From: a virus
Taxonomy: Duplodnaviria; Caudoviricetes
Virus record (IMG/VR): IMGVR_UViG_3300030098_006079
Direction: 5' to 3' (one strand)
Length of the DNA: 64,000 nt
A program made the position numbers and the translations under genes. Shown here piece by piece: positions 18,159 through 26,983 of this stretch. The notes below the pieces were generated by a model. The model was not told the DNA's origin, ran no database searches, and saw only the letters and a list, made by a program, of their open reading frames with translations. Position 1 is the stretch's first letter. The number at the start of each line of letters is the position of its first letter.

Positions 18159-18657
18159 ATTACCGGGTTCTTATTTTAATCTCGTTAATTTTACACCAGT
18201 AATAGAATATATACACAATAATTCAGTTAAAAGTATATCTGAATTTGATTCAGACGTTAAGCTTAACAACTCTCAACATAAAAAATACATATTTCACTAC
18301 TTTATATACTATACATGCGAGATACTTAAGGTACATAATAAGAAGTATAAACCAGTTATTTATTTCGATGTAGATATTAAGTTAAATAGGGACTATTCTG
18401 CGTTCTTACAAACTTTTGAGAAAAAATTCCCAGTACTTGTTATTCGAGAGAATTTTACCCTTAAACAACTTAAGAAAAAGTGTAAATGTGAAGGCTATAT
18501 TGAAGAATTACATATAATATTACTACGTAAGCTTAAAAAAATACAAAACAGTGATTTTTACTTCAACAAGTTACATTATTTTTGTAAAAAGTACGAGCTT
18601 ACGTTCTTAGATAAAACATATTTCGAAGACATAAGAAATAAACTTTCTCTACTATAA
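18115..18657 (+). CDS. Hypothetical protein with faint resemblance to the T4 RNase H N-terminus
   Basis: LVNFT...KYIFHYFIYYTCEILK...KPVIYFD pattern; catalytic acidic residues are not evident. Confidence 0.35.
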   Translation: MQLEDLTKIPQLNYKLPGSYFNLVNFTPVIEYIHNNSVKSISEFDSDVKLNNSQHKKYIFHYFIYYTCEILKVHNKKYKPVIYFDVDIKLNRDYSAFLQTFEKKFPVLVIRENFTLKQLKKKCKCEGYIEELHIILLRKLKKIQNSDFYFNKLHYFCKKYELTFLDKTYFEDIRNKLSLL

Positions 18658-18660
18658 ATA
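18653..18660 (+). promoter_or_regulatory. Late promoter TATAAATA
   Basis: Exact T4 late consensus ending 6 nt before ATG 18667. Confidence 0.7.
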
Positions 18661-18666
18661 ATTATA

Positions 18667-19794
18667 ATGAGTAGGTTCACTTCCAGAATAGATGAAATGA
18701 TAGGCAAAAAGCCTAAAGATAATAATCAGGCTGATATTGACCGTATTGAGAAGGAAGTAGATGACGGCTTAACTAACGATCCTGTTAAAAAACGGATTGC
18801 TCAAAAAGCAAAGCAAAAAAGACAAGACCTTTTAAAATCTTTAGATGAAGCCGAAGGAGATGAATTTGTCCCACGTCAAGGACCTGAAACAGGTGGTGAA
18901 TTCAAACCAAAATCTAAAGATGATTTAGCCCAAGAACCGGCTGAAGAGCCAACACCCGATCCAATGACTACGGAAGGTGAAACATTTTACGTTAATCTTG
19001 CTCGTAAAGCACTATTCGTAGATTTAGACAATGTGAGCCTTACTGATACAGAGAGAGAAACAGTTACACGTGACGTTGAACCTAATAACGCAAAGGAAGT
19101 CGCTAAAATTCTTCGTAAAATTGTTGTTGATTATGGTTTAAGTGAAAATTTTGATTCTAAAATTAATAATGTATGGGAAGACTTGGAGTTAAAAGATTTA
19201 CGTAGTAAACTTTCTTTAGAGTTAAAAAAAAACGATAAAGTAGTTGTATTAGTACCGGGTAGTTTTAAACCTCCTCATAAAGGCCATTACGAAATGGTAA
19301 AAACATATAGTCAGATGTATCCATCTGGTCATGTACATGTTTTAATTTCAGCTCCTTCAGCTAAAAGTGAACGAAGAACTAAAGATGGTAAATTAATAAC
19401 TCCCGCTGCTGCAAAGCAAATATTTGAGCTTTATGTTCAGCCGTTAAATAATGTTACAGTTAGTATTTCAGAATATCCATCACCAGTTACTGCTGCGTAT
19501 GAGACACTTAAAACTCTCGATGATGGTACAACTGCTGTATTAGGAGCTAGTAGAAAAGATGGAGATTGGAAAAGATGGTCATACGCACAACCGTGGGCTG
19601 AAAAAGAAGGTTTAGATATTGAGATTGTTGAACCAGAAGAGTCTGCAGTAGACGTAACTCTAAAAGCAGATGGTACACCTTACAGTGCGAGTAATATTCG
19701 AGATAATTTTGACGATTTCGAAAAAATAAAGGCTGACATACCGGAGCATGTCAGCCCTGAGGCTGTTAAACAAGTATTTGATTCTTTATCTTAA
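18667..19794 (+). CDS. HxGH-type nucleotidyltransferase (cytidyltransferase-like) with long charged N-terminal region
   Basis: PGSFKPPHKGH and C-terminal SASNIR; the N-terminal ~190 aa are acidic/basic with no catalytic motif. Confidence 0.75.
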   Translation: MSRFTSRIDEMIGKKPKDNNQADIDRIEKEVDDGLTNDPVKKRIAQKAKQKRQDLLKSLDEAEGDEFVPRQGPETGGEFKPKSKDDLAQEPAEEPTPDPMTTEGETFYVNLARKALFVDLDNVSLTDTERETVTRDVEPNNAKEVAKILRKIVVDYGLSENFDSKINNVWEDLELKDLRSKLSLELKKNDKVVVLVPGSFKPPHKGHYEMVKTYSQMYPSGHVHVLISAPSAKSERRTKDGKLITPAAAKQIFELYVQPLNNVTVSISEYPSPVTAAYETLKTLDDGTTAVLGASRKDGDWKRWSYAQPWAEKEGLDIEIVEPEESAVDVTLKADGTPYSASNIRDNFDDFEKIKADIPEHVSPEAVKQVFDSLS

Positions 19795-20421
19795 GTCTCT
19801 TATAAAGTCGTAAAACTCTTGTCTTGTTAAATCTGTTTTATCTAAAAACGCACCAGACATTCTTGCCGTCTTCATAATACTATCATGCTTTACTCCTCGA
19901 AGACCAGCACAAGTATGATTAGCTGATACTAAAACAGCAACACCTTTATTATCTTTACATACTTCATTCATATAGTTATGAATTTGCATAGTTAGATTTT
20001 CCTGGACTTGAGGTCTTCTAGAAAACCATTCAACAATTCGGTTAATTTTACTTAAACCAATCACCTTACCATCTTTACCAGGAATATATGACACATGAGC
20101 TTGACCAATAAAAGGTAAATGATGATGGGAACAAAAAGAATTAACTTTAATGTTACCTTGAAATACTAACCCGTCATATTTATCAACATTATCAAATGCT
20201 GTGATCTTAGGGGGTAAGCTATAACAACCCTCTGCTAAATCATTCACAAAAGCTTTTGCTACTCTTCGAGGAGTATCAGCACTATTAGGATCATTTCGCC
20301 AATCAAACCCTAAAGCATCCATATACTTCTCATACGCAGCTGCAGCTTTTTCAATTATCGCCTCTTTTTCATCTTCTGTTCGGGGTAAGTTACCGTTTGC
20401 ATATTGCAGTAATTCACTCAT
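19786..20421 (-). CDS. folE: GTP cyclohydrolase I
   Basis: TPRRVAK, SFCSHHHLPF, GLSKINR, RRPQVQE, HTCAGLRG. Confidence 0.95.
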   Translation of the reverse strand: MSELLQYANGNLPRTEDEKEAIIEKAAAAYEKYMDALGFDWRNDPNSADTPRRVAKAFVNDLAEGCYSLPPKITAFDNVDKYDGLVFQGNIKVNSFCSHHHLPFIGQAHVSYIPGKDGKVIGLSKINRIVEWFSRRPQVQENLTMQIHNYMNEVCKDNKGVAVLVSANHTCAGLRGVKHDSIMKTARMSGAFLDKTDLTRQEFYDFIRDLR

Positions 20422-20427
20422 GCGACT

Positions 20428-20455
20428 ATTATATGAAATATTTTCTTAAGTTCAA
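20428..20455 (-). promoter_or_regulatory. sigma70-like promoter of folE, apparently leaderless
   Basis: TTGAAC-N16-TATAAT-AGTCGC-ATG. Confidence 0.7.
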
Positions 20456-20458
20456 CAC

Positions 20459-20486
20459 TTGATTTCGGTCTAGAAATCGTTATAAT
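20459..20486 (+). promoter_or_regulatory. sigma70-like promoter of queD, apparently leaderless
   Basis: TTGATT-N16-TATAAT-AGTCGT-ATG. Confidence 0.7.
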
Positions 20487-20492
20487 AGTCGT

Positions 20493-20984
20493 ATGTTTAG
20501 TAGTACTAAGATAATTGAACTTGGGAGTTGTGCATTTCGGCAACCTCAAGCAACATCGCATTGTCGGTTCGTGCACGGATATCGTTTGATTGGTAAGTTT
20601 TGGTTTGGTGCTAATGAATTAGATGAAAATAATTGGGTTGTGGATTTTGGAGGTCTTAAGGACCTTAAGAAGAAATTAGAAGATCATTTTGATCATACAA
20701 CTGTTATTGCTGATAATGATCCTGCTTTAGATTCTTTTCGAAAACTTCATGAGGAGGGTATTGTAGATTTACGTATCATGCAAGGAGGAGTCGGTATTGA
20801 GAAGTTTGCTGAGTTTTGCTTTAAAACTGCTGATAAGTATGTAAAGGAATTGACAAATAGGCGTTGTTTTGCGAGTCGTGTAGAGGTATTCGAGCATGAG
20901 AAAAACTCTGCTATTTATGAGGATAAATATAATATAATGTCTTGGGCTAACGAGCAAAACGCAAAAATAAATAGAGGACACTAA
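20493..20984 (+). CDS. queD: 6-carboxy-5,6,7,8-tetrahydropterin synthase
   Basis: HCRFVHGY, VVDFGGLK, FDHT, EKFA, VEVFEHEKNS T-fold motifs; next to folE and queE. Confidence 0.88.
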   Translation: MFSSTKIIELGSCAFRQPQATSHCRFVHGYRLIGKFWFGANELDENNWVVDFGGLKDLKKKLEDHFDHTTVIADNDPALDSFRKLHEEGIVDLRIMQGGVGIEKFAEFCFKTADKYVKELTNRRCFASRVEVFEHEKNSAIYEDKYNIMSWANEQNAKINRGH

Positions 20985-20985
20985 T

Positions 20986-21120
20986 ATGGGTAAAGGTAGT
21001 AAACGCCGAAAGGAAGATACTAGCAAAATCACGGACAACTGGGATAATATTGATTGGGGTAAACCTAAGAAAAAAGAGGTTAAACCAGAGACTAGAGATA
21101 TTAAAGATATATTTAAATGA
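20986..21120 (+). CDS. Small basic hypothetical protein (44 aa; absent from the ORF track)
   Basis: MGKGSKRRKEDTSKITDNWDNIDWGKPKKK...; exactly fills the queD-queE gap, and its stop overlaps the queE start (ATGA). Confidence 0.7.
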   Translation: MGKGSKRRKEDTSKITDNWDNIDWGKPKKKEVKPETRDIKDIFK

Positions 21121-21884
21121 CAGATATAGATAACTACAAACAAGATCTTAGTGAGCAAAGAATATTTTTATCTGACGATAAAGTGTTCTATACAGTAGAG
21201 GGAGAAGGTGAATATGTAGGGTGGCCCTCTGTTTTTATGAGATTGTCAATGTGTAATCTTACATGTCAGGGGTTCGCCTCAGAAGATTCTCCTCATGGGT
21301 GTGATAGTTATGTATCATGGAGTATAAAAAATAAACTTACGTTTGAGGAATTAAAAACTCTTTTAGAAGAAGATGGTTATAAAGACAATATGGACAATGG
21401 CGCTATATGGAAAATTACTGGAGGAGAACCGTTAGTCCAACAATCAAGATTACTTAAGTTTGTATCATATGTAGATATAGAATGGGGGTATGTACCTAGA
21501 ATAGACTTTGAAACTAATGCTACTATTCAACCTAATGAAGAATGGTTAAGGCATGGCGCTACATTTACTACTTCTCCTAAGCTTAGTAATAATGGAGATC
21601 CGGTAGAGCGAAGATATAAACCTGAGGTGCTTAAATGGCATGTCAGTAATGGGTCTGGTTTTAAGTTTGTTATTAGTAAGAAAGAAGATTTAGATGAGGT
21701 ATTAGAAAAGTATGTTAATGAATTTAATATACCTAGAGATAGAGTATGGTTAATGCCTTGTGCTGGTAGCAGAGCAGAACATATTGAAATCGCCGAAGAA
21801 ATAGCAGAGTTTGCAAAGCAACAATACTTTAAATTTAGTCCTCGTCTACATTTACTAGTATGGGACATGGCATTAAAGGTATGA
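21117..21884 (+). CDS. queE: 7-carboxy-7-deazaguanine synthase (radical SAM)
   Basis: TVEGEG..VG.PSVF.RL..CNLTC...CDS, ITGGEP, FETN, SPK, KFV, LMP, PRLH. Confidence 0.9.
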   Translation: MTDIDNYKQDLSEQRIFLSDDKVFYTVEGEGEYVGWPSVFMRLSMCNLTCQGFASEDSPHGCDSYVSWSIKNKLTFEELKTLLEEDGYKDNMDNGAIWKITGGEPLVQQSRLLKFVSYVDIEWGYVPRIDFETNATIQPNEEWLRHGATFTTSPKLSNNGDPVERRYKPEVLKWHVSNGSGFKFVISKKEDLDEVLEKYVNEFNIPRDRVWLMPCAGSRAEHIEIAEEIAEFAKQQYFKFSPRLHLLVWDMALKV

Positions 21885-22300
21885 AGATAGTAGCTACCAA
21901 CGGTTGCTTCGATATTATACATGCTGGTCACGTTCAGTTTTTAAATGAAGCGAAACAACTAGGTGATAAATTAATTGTAGGTTTGAACTCTGATAAGAGC
22001 GTTAAAAAGCTTAAAGGAGATAGTAGACCTTATAATACCGAACAAAATCGAGCAGAGGTTCTTCTCGCATTAGAGAGTGTTGATCAAGTTATTATATTTG
22101 ATAGTATAGATTGTCGTGGTTTCTTAAAAGGAGTGCGACCCGATATATATGTAAAGGGTGGAGATTATACAATTGACACTTTACCAGAGTGTGAAAAGGA
22201 AACTATATTTAGTGTTTGTAAAGAGATAAAAATCCTCAAAAAATATGATAGCTTATCTACCTCTCAGATTATTGAAAAATTACAATTAACGGATAAATAG
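21881..22300 (+). CDS. RfaE/HldE domain II-like sugar-phosphate nucleotidyltransferase
   Basis: ATNGCFDIIHAGH, LIVGLNSD.SV..LKG..RP, YVKGGDY, STS. The ATG at 21881 overlaps the queE stop (the track starts it at 21860). Confidence 0.85.
   Translation: MKIVATNGCFDIIHAGHVQFLNEAKQLGDKLIVGLNSDKSVKKLKGDSRPYNTEQNRAEVLLALESVDQVIIFDSIDCRGFLKGVRPDIYVKGGDYTIDTLPECEKETIFSVCKEIKILKKYDSLSTSQIIEKLQLTDK
22294..22299 (+). promoter_or_regulatory. Putative late promoter
   Basis: TAAATA-N5-ATG. Confidence 0.45.
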
Positions 22301-22304
22301 AAAT

Positions 22305-23045
22305 ATGAGGATTGCAATCAGCGGTACTGCTTGTCAAGGTAAGACTACTTTAATTAAAGATTTCCTTGAACAATGGCCAGATTATAATACTCCCGAAAAG
22401 ACATATCGGGATATAATTAAAGAAAATAATTTAGATCACTCATCAAACACTAATAAAAAAACTCAATGGGATATCCTTAACTTTCAAATCGAGGAACTCA
22501 ATAAGTACAGACGAGATGATAAAGTAATTTTCGATAGATGTCCATTGGACAATCTTGTGTATAGTATTTGGGCTGCTGAGCAAGAAAATAATGACATTGA
22601 TGAATCGTTTATTACTGAGTGTATACCACTTGTAAGAGAAAGTTTTCGAAATTTAGATATTATATTTTTTACTCCTGTTACTAAGGTAGCTCCTGTTCCA
22701 GTTGAAGAAGATGGAATGCGTGATACAAAAATAATTGGTGAGATAGATAATTTATTTAAAGCAATTCATAGGGATCATGAACAAAACCCAAAAACTACAT
22801 TTTTTGTTTCCGACGACAAACCTGCTATTATTGAAGTTTTTGGTAGTCGTAGAGAGCGAATCGAGATTATTAAATTATATCTTGATGGTGAGGGAGATTA
22901 TGTAGAACCGGGTAATATTATTGATGAAGAAACTCTCGAAGAGTTTGAAAAGCTTAAAGAAGTATGGAAAGATGCCGATCCAGAAGAACATTCTTATGTA
23001 AAAAAAGAACTAGAGCGACAAAATCAGCGCAAGTTTAATAAATAA
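22305..23045 (+). CDS. P-loop nucleotide kinase-like protein (AAA_28 / dNMP-kinase-like)
   Basis: IAISGTACQGKTT and FDRCPLDN. Confidence 0.7.
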   Translation: MRIAISGTACQGKTTLIKDFLEQWPDYNTPEKTYRDIIKENNLDHSSNTNKKTQWDILNFQIEELNKYRRDDKVIFDRCPLDNLVYSIWAAEQENNDIDESFITECIPLVRESFRNLDIIFFTPVTKVAPVPVEEDGMRDTKIIGEIDNLFKAIHRDHEQNPKTTFFVSDDKPAIIEVFGSRRERIEIIKLYLDGEGDYVEPGNIIDEETLEEFEKLKEVWKDADPEEHSYVKKELERQNQRKFNK

Positions 23046-23049
23046 TTAC

Positions 23050-23241
23050 ATGAAAGAATATGATAAAGTTTGCGAAAAATATATGATTCGCAAAGTAAGA
23101 TCATTTTACCCGCGTAAGTTAGATTTATCTCCTGAGTTTATTGAAGCATTTAAAGCTGAGTACTCTAGATTAGTAGAGAGTGGTCAGAACAAGCGTACCT
23201 TATTTGAAAGAATGCGTAAAGCATTAACGTTTCATCTTTAA
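23050..23241 (+). CDS. Small hypothetical protein
   Basis: Preceded by TAAATA-N5 (23039-23044). Confidence 0.6.
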   Translation: MKEYDKVCEKYMIRKVRSFYPRKLDLSPEFIEAFKAEYSRLVESGQNKRTLFERMRKALTFHL

Positions 23242-24012
23242 TTTCTCTAGTACCTTTACGATATATTTTAGTATTTCTGATCTAACTATCTCAAGTTCAG
23301 TAAACTTAAATCCAAACAGCCCGTGATCTGTTGATTCTGCAGTATTAAACGCATTGAATATTGCCTTAAAGCCTGACTTATTACCAATATCACTTTGCTG
23401 TGTATCCCCTACGACTATATATTTAGAATTTTCACCGAACCTTGTTAAGATAGTTGTGAGTTCTTCTCTAGTTAAATTCTGAGATTCATCAATTACAACA
23501 CATGCATTTTTAAACGTTAAGCCTCTTGTATAATTAACAGGTACACACTTTACATAACCTTCAGACATTAAATTGTTAATAGTTGGTTTGTCTAATAGTT
23601 CATTAAGCTTTTCTAAAAGAGGCAGACTCCATGGAAGAAACTTCTCCTCTACCTCTCCTGGTAAGGAACCCATACTCTTAGAAGCGGATTCTACAACACT
23701 ACGTATATAAACTATTTCTTCTATTTTTTGAGTACGCAACAATTGTAAAGCAACAAAAACCGCAAGGTATGTTTTTGCGGAACCAGCTGGACCGTCAATC
23801 ATGCACATTTTACATGCATCTTTAAAACATACATCTAAAAAATTATCATGTGTTTCTGTGAGTGTGTATTTTTGCGTTATATTAAAACTTAAAAATGTAT
23901 TTTTTTCTATACTCTCTGTAATCTCATTATCATTGATTTTAGTTTTTTTAGATATCTTTCTTGACGTAACTTGCGTTTTCGACATAGGCGTAGCCTTTCC
24001 TTTTCTTGCCAT
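23224..24012 (-). CDS. phoH: PhoH-like ATPase
   Basis: GPAGSAKT, RGLTF, IDESQN, GDTQQSD, IVRS; TAAATA-N6 upstream (24019-24024). Confidence 0.92.
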   Translation of the reverse strand: MARKGKATPMSKTQVTSRKISKKTKINDNEITESIEKNTFLSFNITQKYTLTETHDNFLDVCFKDACKMCMIDGPAGSAKTYLAVFVALQLLRTQKIEEIVYIRSVVESASKSMGSLPGEVEEKFLPWSLPLLEKLNELLDKPTINNLMSEGYVKCVPVNYTRGLTFKNACVVIDESQNLTREELTTILTRFGENSKYIVVGDTQQSDIGNKSGFKAIFNAFNTAESTDHGLFGFKFTELEIVRSEILKYIVKVLEKLKMKR

Positions 24013-24060
24013 ATCAAATATTTATTTGATATATATGATTAGTAAAGTAAATTATTCTAC

Positions 24061-24855
24061 GTGAATAAGGTTAAAATTGTATCTGGTTGGTCAAATAGAG
24101 GTGGTTCGACCACTGCATTTATTAATTTAACTAACGCATTAAATAAAAGCAACATTGATTGTACATTCTACGGACCGCATACGTGGCATTTAGAAAAATG
24201 TAAATCTGGTTTATTAAAAAATTGCGCAGTTAGTAGTTGTGATAATTTAATTGTTCATTTTCTATCACCACCGAGCAGACCTGCCGCGGCTCGGGTTATT
24301 TTAGCTTGTCATGAAAAAAATCTATTTGAAGTTTCCAAAATAAAACCATTTTGGGATGAAGTTGTCTTTATTAACAAAAAACAACAACAATACCATAGTA
24401 AGTATACAGGTAAATACAATATTATACCTAACTTAACAGAAGAACTTAAAGCTAACCCAAAACCTAATGATAATATAGTTGGTATTATTGGTTCGATTGA
24501 TGAAAATAAGCAAACACATGTTTCTATTGAAAGAGCTATAAAAGATAATAGCTCAAAAGTATATTTGTTCGGTACTATTAATGATCCTAACTATTATAAT
24601 AATTATGTCAAGCCATTATTATCAGATAAAGTAATACATTATGGTTATTTGGAAAATAAACAACAAATGTATGATATGATTGATAAAGTCTATCTTTCTT
24701 CCCTGAGTGAGTGTGCTTCTTTAGTAAAAGATGAATGTAGAACTACTAATACAGCGTTTTGCGGTAATTCTGCAGTAGAAAACGATTCAGAGACGTTAAC
24801 TAATGATATTATTCTTGAGCGGTGGAAAAAAATATTAAATTATAACTGTCAATGA
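24061..24855 (+). CDS. GT-B (GT4-like) glycosyltransferase
   Basis: SGWSNRGGSTTA, IIPN, GIIGSIDENKQ, SSLSECASLV. Confidence 0.7.
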   Translation: MNKVKIVSGWSNRGGSTTAFINLTNALNKSNIDCTFYGPHTWHLEKCKSGLLKNCAVSSCDNLIVHFLSPPSRPAAARVILACHEKNLFEVSKIKPFWDEVVFINKKQQQYHSKYTGKYNIIPNLTEELKANPKPNDNIVGIIGSIDENKQTHVSIERAIKDNSSKVYLFGTINDPNYYNNYVKPLLSDKVIHYGYLENKQQMYDMIDKVYLSSLSECASLVKDECRTTNTAFCGNSAVENDSETLTNDIILERWKKILNYNCQ

Positions 24856-25520
24856 TTATAGGTAACGGTTTAATCGCAAAATCTTTCGAGAATTACAATT
24901 TAGATTGTATTCTTTTTGCTTCCGGTGTATCTTCCTCAAAGGAAAGAAATAGAGATAATTTTCTTAGAGAAGTTAATTTATTGAAAGAGACAATCAGTAA
25001 TTATCCAGATAAAAAAATTGTTTACTTTAGTACGATTATGAGTACTGTTGACAGTAGTTATTATTGTACTCATAAGTTTTTTCAAGAAAAATATGTTAGT
25101 AAACACGCAAAAAACTACATTATTTTTAGATTACCCCAAGTTATTGGACCAGGTGGTAATACAAACAATATTTTTAACTATATAAAAAATAAAGCATATA
25201 ATAATGAACCTATAGATGTATTTCATAGTATAAAAAGGTCGTTAATTGATGTTATCGACGTCGCGAAAATTGTTAACTATTGTGTTAATAAACAAAATCG
25301 TCAAACTATTAACATAGTAGGTATAGAGGAAAAGTATGTTTCAAATATTGCTCATCTAATAACTAAAAAAATTAACTCTACATCTCATATTAATGTTATA
25401 AAAAGACATGTTTGTAAAAATCACAAATACAAAAACTGTGAAATAGTTGATTTAGCGATAAAAGATACTACAATTGATACTAACAACTACACGGAGAGAA
25501 TTATTAGTAAGTATATATGA
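24852..25520 (+). CDS. NAD-dependent epimerase/dehydratase-like protein
   Basis: IIGNGLIA, FASGVS, YFST, Y..HK, FRLPQVIG. Confidence 0.75.
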   Translation: MIIGNGLIAKSFENYNLDCILFASGVSSSKERNRDNFLREVNLLKETISNYPDKKIVYFSTIMSTVDSSYYCTHKFFQEKYVSKHAKNYIIFRLPQVIGPGGNTNNIFNYIKNKAYNNEPIDVFHSIKRSLIDVIDVAKIVNYCVNKQNRQTINIVGIEEKYVSNIAHLITKKINSTSHINVIKRHVCKNHKYKNCEIVDLAIKDTTIDTNNYTERIISKYI

Positions 25521-26233
25521 AAATTTTAATGGGTTTCTACAATGCTGAAAAGTATATCCAAAGGAGTATACTATCAGTTATGTCTCAGAATTTTAAAGAC
25601 TATAAATGTTATATTACTAGTGATAAATCTACCGATAATTCTGTAGATTTAGTTAATCAGATAATTAAAAACGATGAGAGATTTGAACTAGTAGAGGATA
25701 CAGATATAAAGCTTTATCAAACTGGTAATTTCGATCGTAATATTCGTAATAACAAAGAGATAGATGATAACGAAGTTTTAGTTGAAGTCGATGGTGATGA
25801 TTTCTTACCAGACGTAAATGTATTAGATCGTATTAATAATGTTTATAAAGACCCTAACGTGTGGATAGCGAATGGAAGCTTCCAATATGCAAATAGTTCA
25901 CCAGGATTTTCACAAGCACAGACAGACTTTGATAATTTACGTGCTAGTAGGTTTACTGCCTCTCATATTCGTACATGGCGTGCCTTTTTGTGGCGTAATA
26001 TTAAACCAGAAGATTTGCGCGATGAAAATGGAGACTATTGGCAGTGGAGCGGAGACTTGTGCTTTATGTTTCCTATGTTAGAAATGTCTGGTCCTGAACA
26101 TTATAAATTTATGAAAGACATAAACTACATTTATAATGAGGATAATATTATAAACGAACATAAAGTTGATATGTCAATGGTAAACGATCACGCATCTAAA
26201 ATAAGAAGTAAGAAAAAATATGATAGGCTGTAA
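25517..26233 (+). CDS. GT2 family glycosyltransferase
   Basis: YNAEKYI.RSI.SV..Q, DKSTD, VDGDDFL. Confidence 0.8.
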   Translation: MKILMGFYNAEKYIQRSILSVMSQNFKDYKCYITSDKSTDNSVDLVNQIIKNDERFELVEDTDIKLYQTGNFDRNIRNNKEIDDNEVLVEVDGDDFLPDVNVLDRINNVYKDPNVWIANGSFQYANSSPGFSQAQTDFDNLRASRFTASHIRTWRAFLWRNIKPEDLRDENGDYWQWSGDLCFMFPMLEMSGPEHYKFMKDINYIYNEDNIINEHKVDMSMVNDHASKIRSKKKYDRL

Positions 26234-26981
26234 TTTACAAGGTGGTTTAGGCAATCAAATGTTTCAAATAGCTGCTGCAACTGCATTAGCTTTAAGGAAT
26301 AATGACACCGCTGGTTTTGATCTTACTAACTGTCATACACCTCTTCAAGGTAATCCTTCTTTTTTCTACAAAACAAATATTTTTCGTAATATTAACGATA
26401 TACAAAATTATAATTTTAAACATTTATATACTGAACCAACTTATAGTTATAAAGACATAAAATATTATCCCGATCTATGCTTACAAGGTTTTTTTCAGAG
26501 TGAAAAATATTTTAATGATTGTAAAAGTGATATAAAAAAATTATTCTCCTTACCTGAGGAAATAATCAATATCGTAAAAAATGAATTTGACTATAAAAAC
26601 ACTACTGCTGTACATATAAGGAGAGGGGACTATGTTAATAAACAAAACTTTCATCCTGTATGTGATATTAATTATTACAAAAAAGCTGCAAGCTTAGTCA
26701 CAGGAAGCAAATTACTTTTTATATCTGATGATATAAATTGGGTTAAAAAATATTTTCAAGGTAGTAGAGTTTTATATTCCCCGTATAAAGAAGAAATATT
26801 AGATTTTGTGCTAATGTTATTATGTAAAAATGTTATTATAGCTAATAGTACGTTTAGCTGGTGGGGAGCATATTTGAATTTTAATAAAGATAAGCATATA
26901 ATAGCACCAATGAGTTGGTTTGGACCTAATGGGCCTAAAGACACACAAGACATTATACCCGACAACTGGACACAACTTTAA
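26220..26981 (+). CDS. GT11 alpha-1,2-fucosyltransferase-like
   Basis: GGLGNQMFQ, GFFQSEKYF, VHIRRGDY, FISDD, NSTFSWWGAYL. Confidence 0.9.
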   Translation: MIGCNLQGGLGNQMFQIAAATALALRNNDTAGFDLTNCHTPLQGNPSFFYKTNIFRNINDIQNYNFKHLYTEPTYSYKDIKYYPDLCLQGFFQSEKYFNDCKSDIKKLFSLPEEIINIVKNEFDYKNTTAVHIRRGDYVNKQNFHPVCDINYYKKAASLVTGSKLLFISDDINWVKKYFQGSRVLYSPYKEEILDFVLMLLCKNVIIANSTFSWWGAYLNFNKDKHIIAPMSWFGPNGPKDTQDIIPDNWTQL

Positions 26982-26983
26982 GA

